The position numbers were made by a program, and so were the translations under genes. A stretch of DNA of 64,000 bases, taken from Felis catus. Taxonomy: Eukaryota. Of this stretch, positions 63,401 through 64,000 are shown piece after piece. Where the stretch lies: NCBI RefSeq assembly GCF_018350175.1, contig NC_058375.1, positions 139,810,001 through 139,874,000 of the forward strand. Direction: 5' to 3'. A model generated the notes under the pieces. It did no database searches, was not told the origin of the DNA, and was given only the letters and a program-made list of their open reading frames with translations. How positions within the stretch are numbered: position 1 is the stretch's first letter; each line of letters starts with the position of its first letter.

Positions 63401-64000
63401 TGTTTATTTTTTCAAAAAACCAACTCTTGGTTTCGTTGATCTGCTCTACAGTTTTTTTAGATTCTATATTGTTTATTTCTGCTCTGATCTTTATTATTTC
63501 TCTTCTTCTGCTGGGTTTAGGCTGCCTTTGCTGTTCTGCTTCTAGTTCCTTTAGGTGTGCTGTTAGATTTTGTATTTGGGATTTTTCTTGTTTCTTGAGA
63601 TAGGCCTGGATTGCAATGTATTTTCCTCTCAGGACTGACTTCGCTGTGTCCCAAAGCATTTGGATTGTTGTATTTTCATTTTCGTTTGTTTCCATATATT
63701 TTTTAATTTCTTCTCTAATTGCCTGGTTGACCCACTCATTCGTTAGTAGGGTGTTCTTTAACCTCCATGCCTTTGGAGGTTTTCCAGACTTTTTTCTGTG
63801 GTTGATTTCAAGCTTCATAGCATTGTGGTCTGAAAGTATGCATGGTATAATTTCAATTCTTGTAAACTTATGAAGGGCTGTTTTGTGACCCAGTATATGA
63901 TCTATCTTGGAGAATGTTACGTGTGCACTCGAGAAGAAAGTATATTCTGTTGCTTTGGGATGCAGAGTTCTAAATATATCTGTCAAGTCCATCTGATCCA
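60438..64000 (-). mobile_element. Young felid LINE-1 (3' ~3.6 kb; continues past window end)
   Basis: (AAAT)n-patterned poly(A) tail at ~60438-60470, a 3' UTR to 60694 and ORF2 beyond it. Confidence 0.98.
60695..64000 (-). pseudogene. ORF2: L1 ORF2 (endonuclease end, RT, C-terminal Cys-rich domain), frameshifted
   Basis: ORFs 62697-63992, 62279-62731, 61156-62331 and 60695-61168 tile ORF2: SKIDHILG and SDHN (EN), [10 protein letters not shown] and LFADDM (RT), and the C-terminal HMVSLLCGS*. Confidence 0.96.

Overview
Mammalian (felid) genomic DNA, not microbial: it carries cat-type Can-SINEs (SINEC_Fc-like) and a young carnivore L1. Left to right: (1) 1-2384 is the 5' end of a decayed class I (gamma-like) ERV on the minus strand, with a 5' LTR, a tRNA-Glu PBS, a leader and a gag pseudogene. 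It lies in what appears to be the last intron of a plus-strand gene. (2) That gene's terminal exon starts at 6349 and is a ~3.9 kb TE-free 3' UTR ending at AATAAA 10252. I could not name the gene. (3) A ~12 kb intergenic interval holds a CTCF-like site, a MIR>solo LTR>SINE nest, a higher-order minisatellite and a SINE dimer. (4) A CpG-island promoter (~22.2-23.1 kb) has a non-coding first exon ending at 22553 and is followed by >41 kb of apparent intron 1. This intron is rich in mostly antisense SINEs/L1s, DNA transposon fossils and a few enhancer-like islands. (5) 60.4-64 kb is a young antisense L1 whose visible ORF2 is broken only by two +1 homopolymer slips and a gap. I see no confident intact host CDS and no evidence for a wholly new biological system. 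The most interesting items are the reconstructable PBS-Glu ERV, the near-intact L1, the patterned minisatellite and the regulatory candidates. Repeat family names are from recall of consensus sequences and need RepeatMasker confirmation.
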